A stretch of DNA of 64,000 nt, from assembly GCA_951406725.2 (NCBI GenBank), contig OX597835.1, positions 19,964,001-20,028,000 of the forward strand, written 5' to 3'. Positions 41,931 to 54,549 of this stretch are shown in pieces. Position numbers and translations under genes: made by a program. The notes under the pieces were generated by a model. It ran no database searches, had not been told where the DNA came from, and saw only the letters and a program-made list of their open reading frames with translations. This DNA comes from Octopus vulgaris. Its lineage: Eukaryota. The stretch's first letter is position 1. Every line of letters starts with the position of its first letter.

Positions 41931-42345
41931 GGCGGCGAGCTGGCAGAAACGTTAGCGTGCCGGGCGAAGTGCTTAGCGGTATTTCGTCTGTCGTTATGTT
42001 CTGAGTTCAAATTCCGCCGAGGTCGACTTTACCTTTCATTCTTTCGGGGTCGATAAATAAAGTACCAGTTACGCACTGGGGTCGATGTAATCGACTTAAT
42101 ACCTATGTCTGTCCTTGTTTGTCCCCTCTGTGTTTAGCCCCTTGTGGGTAATAAAGAAATAGGTATTTCGTCTGTCGTTATGTTCTGAGTTCCAATTCCG
42201 CCGAGGTCGACTTTACCTTTCATCCTTTCGGGGTCGATAAATAAAGTACCAGTTTCGCCCTGGGGTCGACGTAATCGACTTACTCCCTTTGTCTGTCCTG
42301 GTTTGTCCCCTCTATGTTTGGCTCCTTCTGGGCAGTAAAGAAATA
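41931..42345 (+). mobile_element. SINE family A dimer
   Basis: Junction AAAGAAATAGGTATTTCG near 42153-42170; flanking repeat TATA(T/C)TTGACTTC. Confidence 0.9.
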
Positions 42346-42489
42346 TATACTTGACTTCGCATTGAACATTTTGCTTTCTGGCATTACAACATTGTTTATT
42401 GTTTCACAAATGATATTGAGAAATAATCTAATTCTTTTTAAACTGTTTCTTATGCGATGTATGACTATAAATACCAGGAACATCATTCC

Positions 42490-42739
42490 TTTATTCTTTT
42501 ACTCTTTTACTTGCTTCAGTCATTTGACTGTGGTCATGCTGGAGCACCGCCTTTAGCCGAGCAAATCGACTCCAGCACGTATTCATTGTAAGCCTAGTAC
42601 TTATTCTATCGGTCTCTTGGTTCCGAACCGCTAACTTACGGGGACTTAAACACACCAGCATCGGTTGTCAAGCGATGCTGGGGGTACAAACACAGACACA
42701 CAAACATATACACACACATGCATACATACACACGCACAA

Positions 42740-42797
<58 letters not shown>

Positions 42798-43082
42798 TTA
42801 ACAATTAAGGATAAAATCTTAATAAGAAATCTTAACAAGAAATTATCACGTAGTTAGCGTGTAAAACCTCATAAGAGAAAAAAAATTTCAGATTATATAT
42901 ATATATATACATATACATATATACGACGGGCTTCTTTCAGCTTCCGTCTACCAAATCCACTCACAAGGCTTTGGTCACCCCGAGCCTATAGTAGAAGACA
43001 CTTGCCAAAAGTGCCACGCAATGGGAATGAACCCGGAACCATGTTGTTGGTAGGCAAGCTACTTACCACACAGCCACTCCTG
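42490..43082 (-). mobile_element. SINE family C, full length, with a foreign ~100 bp insert in its TA tract
   Basis: Both halves present; insert at 42794-42893. Confidence 0.88.
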
Positions 43083-43334
43083 TCATTCTCTCTGAAAAAA
43101 ACTTTCTATCAAAATCAGTGGCAGAAAATAAGTTCAAATGTGCTGCTAGGAGGAATCAGCATCAATTCCAGAGTGTTGGAAGATTAAACTGAACATAACG
43201 AAACCTAGCATCTAAATATCTGGAAAGCAGTAGAATTGCTTTAACGAGAATTTTGAAGAAATGAACTGGATTAACTAGAATGTTGAAACTTTTCCCTAAT
43301 TCCAAACACGATCACATTTTTGTATTATGCGATA

Positions 43335-43729
43335 CTAGCAGTATCGCCCGGCGTTGCTCGGGTTTGTAAGGGAAATAACTAATATAAGCATTATTAGAGA
43401 GTTATAGCCCCAAAATAGCAAAAAAATGCATTAAAAATGGAAAAAAATGATGGTAAATTTGTTTTTAAATCGTTGACTCATCGTAGACATTTTTAGAGAG
43501 TTACTTCCCTTATATAATAGCGAAAACATGCGTTAAAATGGAAAAAATGGTAAATTTTTTTATTAGATTGTAGACTCATCGTAGACGCGCGCTAATACCC
43601 AGTAGGGCTCGCTATGAATGACGACTATAAGATACCCGGTTTTGGTTAAACTGCACCGCAAAATGTGGGAGTAGTTAGGAATCTAAATCGTAGGAGACAG
43701 ACACACAACCTTACTTTTATATATAAAGA
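43335..43729 (-). mobile_element. non-autonomous Helitron, second copy
   Basis: Reverse complement of 14348-14744; minus strand A^TC start, hairpin CCCGAGCAACGCCGGG, CTAG^T end. Confidence 0.9.
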
Positions 43730-44303
43730 TATGCAGGCAAACGGAACAAATATTTTATGGATGAATTAATTTACCGTTTGTGTGTGTATGGTCAGAAATG
43801 TATGCAGAACAAATTACAAAACGAAGAACAACGAAATTGGCGGAATCAAAATTGAAGCGACTCTGATGATGTCAATGAAACACAATAAGGTACCAGTGTA
43901 ATAACAAATGCTGAAAGGTAGGTTTATTATCTTGTTAGCATTACAACCAGAGCAATTTTACTTTGCCATACTGTCAATGCAATCTAACGATGTCACAGAT
44001 TTGATGCAATAATATTCATCTATAATTTCTTCGATGTGTAAACCAATGATAGTCTGTAACTTCATAAACCAATACTTTCTGTGACTCGAAAATGCCACAT
44101 AAGTGACAATTGACCAGGTTATCCACTCGTAAACATGCTCAAATTAGAATATATGAGAATCTTTAGATACGACGCATGAAGTTAAGTGCAATATTGTCGA
44201 TAGTTCTGTTAGCATATTTGAAAAGAACCGTAATGTAATACCTCAATCTATGCCAATAACAAGCAATAAAAAAAATGCAATTGATAATGATGTTTACTAC
44301 AAA

Positions 44304-44304
<1 letters not shown>

Positions 44305-44350
<46 letters not shown>

Positions 44351-44722
44351 GCAATAATAATAGTAATAATAATAGTAATAATAATAATATTAATAATAAT
44401 AATAACAATAATAATAACAATAATAATAATAATAACAATAATAATAATAATAATAATAATAACAATTGTAATAGTAATAATAATAATAATAGTAGTAATA
44501 ATAATAGTAACAACAAAAATAATAATAATAATAATAATAACAATAATAACAATAATAATAATAATAATAACAATAATAATAATGATAATAATAATAACAA
44601 TAATAATAATAATAATAATAACAACAATAACAATAATAATAATAATAATAACAATAATAATAATAATAACAACAATAACAATAATAATAATGATAATAAT
44701 AATAATAATGATAATAATAATA

Positions 44723-44753
<31 letters not shown>

Positions 44754-44788
44754 TAGTAATAATAATAATAACAATAATAATAATAATA
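44305..44788 (+). repeat. (AAT)n microsatellite
   Basis: Direct reading. Confidence 0.95.
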
Positions 44789-44920
44789 AGAGAAGGCGGC
44801 TGGACGTGACAGAGAAGGCGGCTGGACGTGACAGAGAAGGCGGCTGGACGTGACAGAGAAGGCGGCTGGACGTGACAGAGAAGGCGGCTGGACGTGACAG
44901 AGAAGGCGGCTGGACGTGAC
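44789..44920 (+). repeat. perfect 22-bp minisatellite, 6 copies (AGAGAAGGCGGCTGGACGTGAC)
   Basis: Six identical head-to-tail units with no spacers. Confidence 0.95.
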
Positions 44921-45825
44921 AGAGGATGGACGTATTTTTACGATGCTCTGAACTGGCAACAGCGAACCCAGCAGGTCAACTGTAGAAAACTGGAAGATCT
45001 ACTGTTTACTGTAAGTAATTTGAATTACCCTCAAAATAAGTAAAAAAAAACTTACATATCTACAGCTCATACAAACGTACACCTAACAAGAAAAATTAGA
45101 AACATAAATATCTCCAATTCTGTGTGAACATTTACATTTAGTCGTCTCTCATGACTATAAGAATGTGTAAAATTGCCTTTTAAATTACCTTTTATTGTAA
45201 CAACACAATTAAATGCACGATAAAAAGTTATGGAATTAAGCACCTACTACTATATACATACAACTGAATTCAGAAATTTAAAAATATATACATAACATTG
45301 AACTCAGAAAGTTATTTAAAAAAAGAAAAAAAAATCTTCGACGAAAACATCAGATAATATGTGTGAGTGAATATACATATATATACATATACATATGCAT
45401 GTGGTGAAGAAGAAAAGAGAAAGGAAAAAAAAAATAATAAATAAATAAATAAATAAACGTAAACAGGTTTGACCTTTTACTGACCATTAACGTCCTTTGT
45501 CTCCATCTACCGTGGCTATTTATAGACCCAAAGAACATGAATTCTTTAACCACCCATTCTCCAACACAATGGAGTGTTGATGGTGGCTGTGGCTACACAT
45601 AAAACAATGTCATTGAAGATGATGATGGTGATGGTGATGTTGCTGATGATGGTGATGGTGGTGAAGATGATAGTAATAACAATAATAACTGACAGATCCC
45701 GTCTTTTTCCCTTTCTTTTCGTTTCCTTCTCCGTATTTTATTCTCATTATTTCGAACTAATACAGACACAGTAAGCCTTGAAGAAAGGAAGAGGAGGAAA
45801 GGAAAAAAAAAAAAAAAAAAAAAAA

Positions 45826-47276
45826 ATGTCCGGAGATAAAACTATCAACAAAAAAAATACAGACGAATATAGATCTGCTAGTCTTAAGAAGCGGCGCTAT
45901 GAGCAATGCTTACACGTAGTGAACCCTAAACTGACAGATCCATCTCCTAATATAAGAATGGATGCTCGTCATGCTTCAAGGTCAACAAATCAAACAATAA
46001 ACCGCATTGGTCATTGCGCGGATTACAAAAGACCACGTACCCGAAAATTGAACCAAATCCTGATTGAAAAATCAGTTACTGGATCAAATCTTCCCAACAC
46101 ACAGGAGCTGGACGAACCCCACAACCGGAATATTCCAACAGATGGCCATCCATGCTCATCACCAAATAATCAAAAGAAAAAGAAGGAAAAATGGTCTAGG
46201 GAAGATAATAAAGAAGTTCTTGAGGCCTTCTACCATGCCATATATTTCCCCACAGATAAGTCTAGCACTGTACAAGCATACTTAAACTGGAGACAGAAAC
46301 ACCCTGAAGTAAGACCCTACATAGACAGTAACAAGCTTGCCAATGTTAGAAGAAACATTATAAAAAAGAAATTACTGACTGAAGTAGAGATTGATCAGGT
46401 TAGACAAGCAATATCGGATAAAATGAACGAAGCTGCAGCTAGAGAAGATAATACAGAGGAAATGATTATAGACCAGCCCAGGGCGGATAAAAACGAAGAG
46501 AGGATTGAAAGAGTTAGTATAAGTGATAGGCAAAGTGAAATACGCCCTGAACCAATCATAAACACTAAGACAGATGAGCATCAAATAGATAAAGAAAGTC
46601 ACACAAATATTGACCCAACAGAACTACATGAGCTAAAAAATCAAATCATGATTGAATGGCTGAAAATTAAAGAAACCAGCATGGATGAGCGTGATACACT
46701 TCCTAAAATCCGCAACTCTAACCAAAACATGAAAATAATTGGTAAAATCCGGCTTGCACTTAAGGATATAATTTCAGTTAATGATGTTGATATCACAAAC
46801 CTCAACCACCTATACTATGCATCCGCGAAAATCTCAACGATCCTATGTGGTGTAAAGATTAGAAAACGGCAACAGTCCCACAAAAAGCCTTCTTGGCAAG
46901 AGCGTCTGCAACAACAAATTAAAATATTTAGATCTGACATTGAATATTTGAAAAACCTTAAGGCTCACAAGATTACCAAACCTACAAAAACCCAAAAATT
47001 ACTGAAAAAATACAATATGAAAACTATACTTGATATTGATGCCACCATAGAAACCATCAAACAAAAGGTATCTGCCAAAGCTGCCCGCATAGCGAGGTAT
47101 GAAAAGCGTGTTAGATTTTTCAAGGACAACAACATGTTCAAAAATAACACCAAGAATTTTTACAGGAAGATAGGAAAAACAGCGTTTACTGCAGGGTCTG
47201 TACCATCAAAAGAAGAAGTGCAGAGATTTTGGAATAAAATCTGGGCAGAAGAAAAAACACACAACGAAAAGGCCCC
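45826..47276 (+). CDS. R4/Dong polyprotein, N-terminal part
   Basis: Open frame with KEKWSREDNKEVLEAFYHA, NKLANVRRNI, PSWQERLQQQI, ARIARYEKR, NNMFKNNTKNFYRKI, FWNKIW; continues in another frame at the CCCC run 47273-47276; true start codon uncertain. Confidence 0.8.
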
Positions 47277-48106
47277 TGGATTGACAGAATATCTACAGAA
47301 CTGGACCCCTTAGAAGAGCAAAAGTGGGAGGGTGTCAAGGTAGAAGATATAAGATCTGCTCTCAGGAGGTCAAGCAAATGGAAGTCTCCAGGAAAGGATA
47401 AAATTCCTAACTTCTGGCTGAATGCCTTCCCAGAGAGCCATGAACTGCTAACAGAACTGTACAATGATGTTTTGCAACACCCTAGTAGGATGCCTCCTTG
47501 GCTAGTTAATGGGTTAACATTCCTGCTTCCAAAAAGTGAAGAAACAAATGAACCAAAAAACTATAGACCCATAACTTGCTTAACAACTATGTACAAAACA
47601 CTAACATCTGTCCTGACGGAATATACCTATAGTTTTTTAACAGACAGCAGCATATTCCCTAATGAACAGAAAGGATGTAAACGTGGATCCTACGGCTGTA
47701 AAGACCAACTACTCATCAATAAGATGATCTTAGAAGATTGTCACAAACGACACAAAAACTTATCAATAGCCTGGATAGACTATAAAAAGGCTTTTGATAG
47801 CCTACCACATAGCTGGATTAGGAAATGCCTTGAAATGTATAAGATAGCACCAACTCTGCGAAACTTCTTGACTGTAAGTATGAGATCATGGAGAACCACA
47901 CTAACTCTGAACAGTGACAGTGAATTCCTAAATGCTGGTGATGTAAAAATTTCGTGTGGCATTTTCCAGGGTGACTCACTGTCACCACTCCTCTTTTGTT
48001 TATCCTTAATACCTCTCTCAAAGCTGCTCAATGACGCGCAGTACGGGTATAAAATGTTTGATAAAAATATAAATCATCTCGTTTACATGGATGATTTAAA
48101 GCTTTT
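47277..48106 (+). CDS. R4/Dong reverse transcriptase core
   Basis: WKSPGKDKI, TFLLPK, NYRPITCL, EQKG, AWIDYKKAFDSLPH, GIFQGDSLSPLLF, YMDDLKL; frame shifts at TTTT 48103-48106. Confidence 0.92.
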
Positions 48107-49642
48107 GCAAAAAATGATCAACAACTCAAGGGCTTACTAGCGATAGTCAAACAATTCAGTGACGACATCAGAATGCAATTCGGCCTCGATAAATGTGCAA
48201 AGGCTACCTTTATCAAAGGAAAAATGACAGAAACATCTAACGTTAACCTTGACCAACAGAATGTCATAAAAGAACTAGACCCAGCGGAGAGCTACAAGTA
48301 CCTAGGGATAATTGAAGGGAACGGAATAAGGCATTCAGAGATGAAGGAAAGGATCAGGAGAGAATGCTATCGAAGAGTGAGAGCAATACTCAAGACAGAG
48401 CTGAATGCAAGAAACAGGATCGAAGCAATCAATGCATTAGCTATACCAGTCGTGACTTACAGTTTCAATATTGTTAACTGGTCAATTACTGAAATATGTC
48501 AGCTCGACAGAAAAATAAGGAAACTGTTGACAATGCATAGAATGCACCACCCTAAGGCAGATACAGAACGACTCTATCTGCCAAGAAAAGAGGGAGGCCG
48601 TGGTCTTTTGCAACTGGCAATAACAATGAAGATTGCTACAATTGGCCTAGACACCTACCTGAAAAACTCTGAGGACTGGATGCTAAAACTTGTCTCAAAA
48701 CATGAAAACAAGAAAGCATCATACTCAGTCACAAAACAGGCAAAGGAATATCTAAGTGAATTCCGAATACAACCAATTTCGGAATTAGAGATAGATATAC
48801 AAGAAACAAGCACAGAAAAAGCTAGGCGCATGAAAACCCGTGCCAAAACTGCGGCCTTAGATATTCTGAATAATAAATGGCAAGAAAAACCTCTCTATGG
48901 CAAATACCCAAAGAGAGCGAATAATGCAGATATCGACAAAGCCCTGACCCATCAATGGCTAATGGCCTCTGGCTTAAAATCTGAAACAGAGGGGTTTATC
49001 ATAGCAGCTCAAGATCAATGCCTACCAACAAGAAACTACCAGGCCAACATATTAAAGATCAGAAGCAGTCCAACGTGTCGTGTATGCAAGCAACAAAATG
49101 AAACCATTGACCATGTGGTCTCCAAGTGCAGTCTTCTAGCGCCTACAGAGTATCTCAACAGGCACGATAGAGCTGCACAATATATTCACTGGGTAATCTG
49201 TAAAAACCTGGATTTGCCCCATGAAAAAAACTGGTGGGAACACAAACCACCCCCAGTGCTTGAAAATGACCACATCTCACTCCTCTGGAACTTCACCATT
49301 CAAACTGACAGGAAGATAGATGCAAATAGGCCAGACATCATATTGAAAAACTTCAAACAAAGAACATGCCTCCTCATTGATATGACTGTCCCAATCGATA
49401 TAAACGTATCTGTCAAGACCTACCAAAAACTGAGCAAATATAAAGATCTTGAAATAGAAATCAGCAAAATGTGGAAGCTGAAGACTAAAACAATACCTGT
49501 TGTCATAGGTGCCCTGGGAATGATAGCAAAAGGGGCTGATAGCTACCTAACTCAGATACCAGGAAACCCAAAAATGGCAGAAGTTCAAAAGATAGTGCTC
49601 ATGGGAACTGCTCATATCCTACGCAAAATACTCTCTATGTAA
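48107..49642 (+). CDS. R4/Dong C-terminal part: RT thumb, CCHC knuckle, restriction-like endonuclease
   Basis: FGLDKC, YKYLG, RLYLPRKEGGRGL, CRVCKQQNETIDHVVSKC, RHD, RPDII...LIDMTV...KLSKY; stop TAA at 49640-49642. Confidence 0.92.
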   Translation, partial: AKNDQQLKGLLAIVKQFSDDIRMQFGLDKCAKATFIKGKMTETSNVNLDQQNVIKELDPAESYKYLGIIEGNGIRHSEMKERIRRECYRRVRAILKTELNARNRIEAINALAIPVVTYSFNIVNWSITEICQLDRKIRKLLTMHRMHHPKADTERLYLPRKEGGRGLLQLAITMKIATIGLDTYLKNSEDWMLKLVSKHENKKASYSVTKQAKEYLSEFRIQPISELEIDIQETSTEKARRMKTRAKTAALDILNNKWQEKPLYGKYPKRANNADIDKALTHQWLMASGLKSETEGFIIAAQDQCLPTRNYQANILKIRSSPTCRVCKQQNETIDHVVSKCSLLAPTEYLNRHDRAAQYIHWVICKNLDLPHEKNWWEHKPPPVLENDHISLLWNFTIQTDRKIDANRPDIILKNFKQRTCLLIDMTVPIDINVSVKTYQKLSKYKDLEIEISKMWKLKTKTIPVVIGALGMIAKGADSYLTQIPGNPKMAEVQKIVLMGTAHILRKILSM

Positions 49643-49864
49643 TCTCAAGGTTTAAAACAAACATAATTTTCGGTTTAAAAAAAAAAAAAAAAAAAAAAAC
49701 CTTTTTTTTTTTTTAGACATTCATTAGTACAACATCCCCACCCCCCAAATATATGGCACACTAGGCATAACAACAACATGAACTTCCAACCCTGTTGTCT
49801 CTTGAGGTCTCTGGGTGAGACTTGGAGCCAACTTGTACAAATATAAAGCAAAAGTCAAACATAG

Positions 49865-49892
49865 AATAATAATAATAATAATAATAATAATG

Positions 49893-49935
<43 letters not shown>

Positions 49936-49954
49936 TAATAATAATAATAATAAC

Positions 49955-49995
<41 letters not shown>

Positions 49996-50042
49996 TAATA
50001 ATAATAATAATAATAATAATTATAATAATAATAATAATAATG

Positions 50043-50125
<83 letters not shown>
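49865..50125 (+). repeat. (AAT)n array at the 3' junction of the Dong element
   Basis: Direct reading. Confidence 0.95.
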
Positions 50126-50127
<2 letters not shown>

Positions 50128-50735
50128 CAGTAACATTAAGAACAACGTCTACTACAGAAACGTACGAATAATCGATATTAAATAATTAAATACACATTTC
50201 CTTTGTAACAAAGTCTTTATTGATAATTTCTCTCTTGTGTTCTACGCAGCTGTATTAACATCTTCTTCAGAAAAATGTAAATAGGGGGACTAAATATTGA
50301 TTTGTAAGATAGTTACACGACCAAATAAGATGAGGTTGTGTATAATCGATTATATGCAGTAGTTCAGACGTGGAATAAATTGGTTTGCAGTGAGAAAGTG
50401 GAATAAACTATTGTTTCAAGAATTCTTTGAACATAACGTCTTTCTGCAATTAGAAAACATTAACCTATGAAATGGCAGTGATAGGCCCCGTTTAAGTCTA
50501 ATTTCTTCTGAAAGTGGTCTCCCGAAACTGCGCAATCAAGATACAATCCGACCGATTAAAGATTTTATTTTTCTCCTTCAGTACCCGTTGGTGATATTCA
50601 AAATTATGTTACACGTATTTTCAAAAAAAAAAAAATCATTAATTTAAAACCAAACGCCAGTGGACAATATAAACAAAATATTTACTTGTAACTAAACAAA
50701 CGGTGGAAATTAGAATCACAATTAGGAATTAGAAT

Positions 50736-50925
50736 CATGCTGGAGCACCGCCTTTAGCCGAGCAAATCGACCCCAGCACGTATTCTTTGTAAGCCTAGTA
50801 CTTATTCTACCGGTCTCTTGGTGCCGAACCGCTAAGTTACGGGGACTTAAACACACCAGCATCGGTGGTCAAGCGATTCTTGGGGTACAAACACAGGCAC
50901 ACAAACATACACACACACATGCATA
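50736..50925 (-). mobile_element. partial SINE family C
   Basis: CATGCTGGAGCACCGCCTTTAGCCGAGCAAATCGAC...GGGGTACAAACACAG; very similar to 42535-42700. Confidence 0.85.
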
Positions 50926-52567
50926 TATATATGTATATATGTTTCCTTAAAAGACATAACAAGACAGGAATTACCATTTTCAACCTGGTTAATCTTGATG
51001 GCATTAGAAAAAAATTCCACGTATGAGCTCCCTTCCTTAGATTCCGCCGAGATCGACTTTGCCTTTCATCTTTTCGGGGCCAAAAATAAGCAGCAGTTGA
51101 GTACTAAAGTCGATGAAATTGACTAACACCCACCCACGAAATTTCTTGCCTCGTGCTGAAATTTTAAACCAATATTTTGTCGGTGCTTTGGTAGTTCTCA
51201 AAGTCTTTCACCATTTTTCTTCGGCATGAGAATTCAATTTATTCCACTTAAAAATTGTTTATACAAGATTAATTTTTCAGGAGAGATCAAACGTAAAGAA
51301 ACTATATTTAATTAAGATCAAAATCTATTGAACACGGATGATTCCCAAAGCGTCCATCTCTAAAAGAAATCATTGCGTTACCATATTCTTTAATTTCCAA
51401 CGCAAACTAACCTGTATATTCTTGGATGTTGTCACTTTATATAACTGCCAATACAAACCTCTCCTCTTATCTTCGGATATATTATATTCATCAGGTGTTA
51501 ACAAGATCTACCCTTTTGTTTCGCTATGTTAGCATTTTCCTTGATGGCGAAAAACGTCCGCATTTAACATCCGCTAATATCTTCACAGATCGCCAATGTA
51601 AATTACACCTAAAGAATCTGACGACTACACTTTACTGTACTGTCAATTAGATCCATCTCCTATCCTGTTTGTTGCTATATAAATCAAATTGAAATAAGAC
51701 AGAAACATGTGAAGGCTGCAGTCCGATTTTCAGAAAAATGAATTTCCCATTTCTGTTGAACGTGTGGAAGTGCGTTGTATAAGTATTATATCATAACTCT
51801 ATTGAGGTCTTTTTAAATTACAGTTGCGTTATTTCACGTAAGGATTTTTGAGATATATCGGTAAAAATTTGTACGAAAATCCAATTTAATATGAGAAAAT
51901 ATTTCTCAAAAGTTACATTAGTAAAAGCTAATCACACACACACATACACACAAGTAAACACATATAAATATATATGTGTGTGTGCGTGTTTTTGTGTGTG
52001 TCTGTGTATTTGCTTTGTCATACTCTTGACGGGATATCAAATGTTGAAATAGCTGTTATTGTATTTCGGAGATCGTTGTGTCAGAGCTCTTTCGTTATAC
52101 ATTCTGTGACCTCTTTAACGACTTTCTATTTCCTTTTGCCCTGCCTGTTCCATTGTGTCAGAATGAGAATAAAGATGAAACATGTGAACACAAACTCATA
52201 CACACGCAAGCAAGATACACATACACATACATATACAAAACACATAGACACATAGACACACACAAATATAGACGTTAAAGCAGGCGTAGATAGGGATACA
52301 TTACGCATATTACATAAGAAAAAATAGTACAGACAGAAAAAACACGAGGGATGGAAAACCATTGAAGAGATCGGAGAATGTGTGGCGAAAGACTTGATTC
52401 CATTTAGAAAAATATCAGAACTTAACGCAGAGAAAATGTGGGACTTAGAGACAATGCATTAGAAGTGTGAACTTTTTATCTAGTAGGTAAACTCAAGTCT
52501 CTAGATTGAATCTCTGGAGTTAATTATATAAAATAACGATCGAGATATGACATGAGCAAAAATATAG

Positions 52568-52754
52568 TTACTCTTTTACTTATTTCAGTCATTTGACTGC
52601 GGCCATGCTGGAGCAACGCCTTTAGTCGAGCAAATCGACACCAGGGCTTATTCTTTGTAAGCCTAGTACTTATTCTATCGGTCTCTTTTGCCGAGCCGCT
52701 AGGTTATGGGGAGGTAAACACATGAGCATCGGTTGTCAAGCGATGTTGGGGGGA

Positions 52755-52803
<49 letters not shown>

Positions 52804-52929
52804 GCACACACACACATACGCACGCATTTATATATATAGCAAAAACTGTCCGATCAACGGCAACGGGAAACTCAGAGTAACAGGTTTTGTTGAATTTTCT
52901 GCTGCTTTAAATAAAGTATATATATATAA

Positions 52930-52975
<46 letters not shown>

Positions 52976-53138
52976 GACAGGCTTCTTTCAGTTTCCGTCT
53001 ACCAAATCTACTCACAAGTCTTTTGTCGGCCCGAGGCTATAGTAGAAGACACTTGCCCAAGGTGCCACGCAGTGGGGCTGAACTCAGAATCATGTGGTTG
53101 CTAAGCAAGCTACTTACCACACAGCCACTCCTGCGCCT
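52568..53138 (-). mobile_element. SINE family C, full length, with a ~80 bp insert in its TA tract
   Basis: Both halves present; ends CACAGCCACTCCTGCGCCT. Confidence 0.9.
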
Positions 53139-54351
53139 ACAACAATGTATTCTGAAAAACATTTATATCACATAAAAAACTCATCAAAATGCATTCGGAG
53201 TGGTTTTAGATATATGGAATGCCCTTTTTTTTTCATGCTTTCTCTTCGTTTACCAACCAATCAGTGTTAACTTTATGTAATTATGGACAACAGAAAATTA
53301 AATAATAGTTTACTACCATTAACAAATATTTAACTATGTATGAATCAACATTTGGATACGATACTTATATCACTGTTGAGACAACGTTATAAAACGATAT
53401 AGAACAGTGAAGCACGTTTTTAACCTCTTGATCCTGCTAGAGGTTCTTTGCTGTGCCCATGTTTTGTATATAGCATGCTTTTATAGCCGATGCAAGTATA
53501 CCAGTAGCGGTTCTTTAGTGCTAAACACAATACTGTGTACTCTGTCGGAAATCACCATTACCTATATCATTCAGCCATGAGGAGATAAATATATTGATAG
53601 AAACGCCATTGCAGTGTAACTACATCTGAAGAAGCTTCGGCTCATCAGTAGAAATCTTCAGTGATCGATAGTGTAGCAGTAGATATAAATGATTTATTAA
53701 AGTGACATTGCAAATTAATACAGATATAGAAATGTACCAAATGGTATGACTGCCGGCGACCTTACACGGTGGTAAATATTAATTTATTGATGCCAAATAT
53801 GAAAGAAATGATTAACACTGCCATTTATTCATTATCTTAAGATTTTCATTATAAAGACAAGAAACATTAGCACACGGAGTTCATATCGGAGCAAGATCTA
53901 TATATCCTTTCACCTTTGTTTTATAATCTTTAGAAAATGTCAATTAGTATTATAAAGAAGACAGTGTCTTTGATTAGATGTAATCTTTATTTGAACTGAT
54001 TCTAGTATCTATTCTATAATATATCAATACACTTAATTTACAATTGAAATTCTCCGTTGAAAAGATCGATATTATGCATATTTTATGTTCAGGCACAGAA
54101 TATTTTTAAATACTTACTGAAATATTCTTTTCTCTTTTTTCATTTTTATTTTCGTTTCAGATAAGACTTTAGAGCTGAGAAAAAACCCGGAATCTAAAAA
54201 AAAAAATTAAAAAAAAGGAAAAACAAGATGTCCGGTTTTCAACGTAATACAGAGTTAGGAATGTTTCAATATTAAGCTTAACAAGAGAGCAGTATTTGTG
54301 AGTTGGGTCGTGGTCGAAAACTCGATTTCTGTTCCGAGCTGTTAGAGAAAT

Positions 54352-54387
<36 letters not shown>

Positions 54388-54403
54388 ACACACACACACA
54401 CAG

Positions 54404-54436
<33 letters not shown>

Positions 54437-54514
54437 CACTCGCACGCATACACACATTATGTATGTTTGTATGTATATATGTATGTAATGTATATATATA
54501 CATACATACATATT

Positions 54515-54549
<35 letters not shown>

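Larger units (their letters stand above)
45690..49864 (+). mobile_element. R4/Dong-clade non-LTR retrotransposon, near full length, ending in (TAA)n
   Basis: Single-ORF architecture: N-terminal KW..E.N...L..FY motif, RT, CCHC knuckle, PD-(D/E)-type restriction-like endonuclease; ~220 bp 3' UTR running into (AAT)n from 49865; AAT-like repeats at the 5' side; 5' boundary approximate. Confidence 0.9.

Noticed and set aside
44789-44920. CRISPR-like array
   Set aside because: Units are contiguous with no spacers, there are no cas genes, and the context is eukaryotic
45870-45945. HDV-like ribozyme in the Dong 5' region
   Set aside because: A CTAA precedes a possible P2 strand, but no valid P1, P3/L3 or P1.1 could be assigned
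53620-53665. CTGAAGA...TCTTCAG hairpin with CTGATGA on the opposite strand
   Set aside because: Cannot be folded into a hammerhead; may be a chance short inverted repeat
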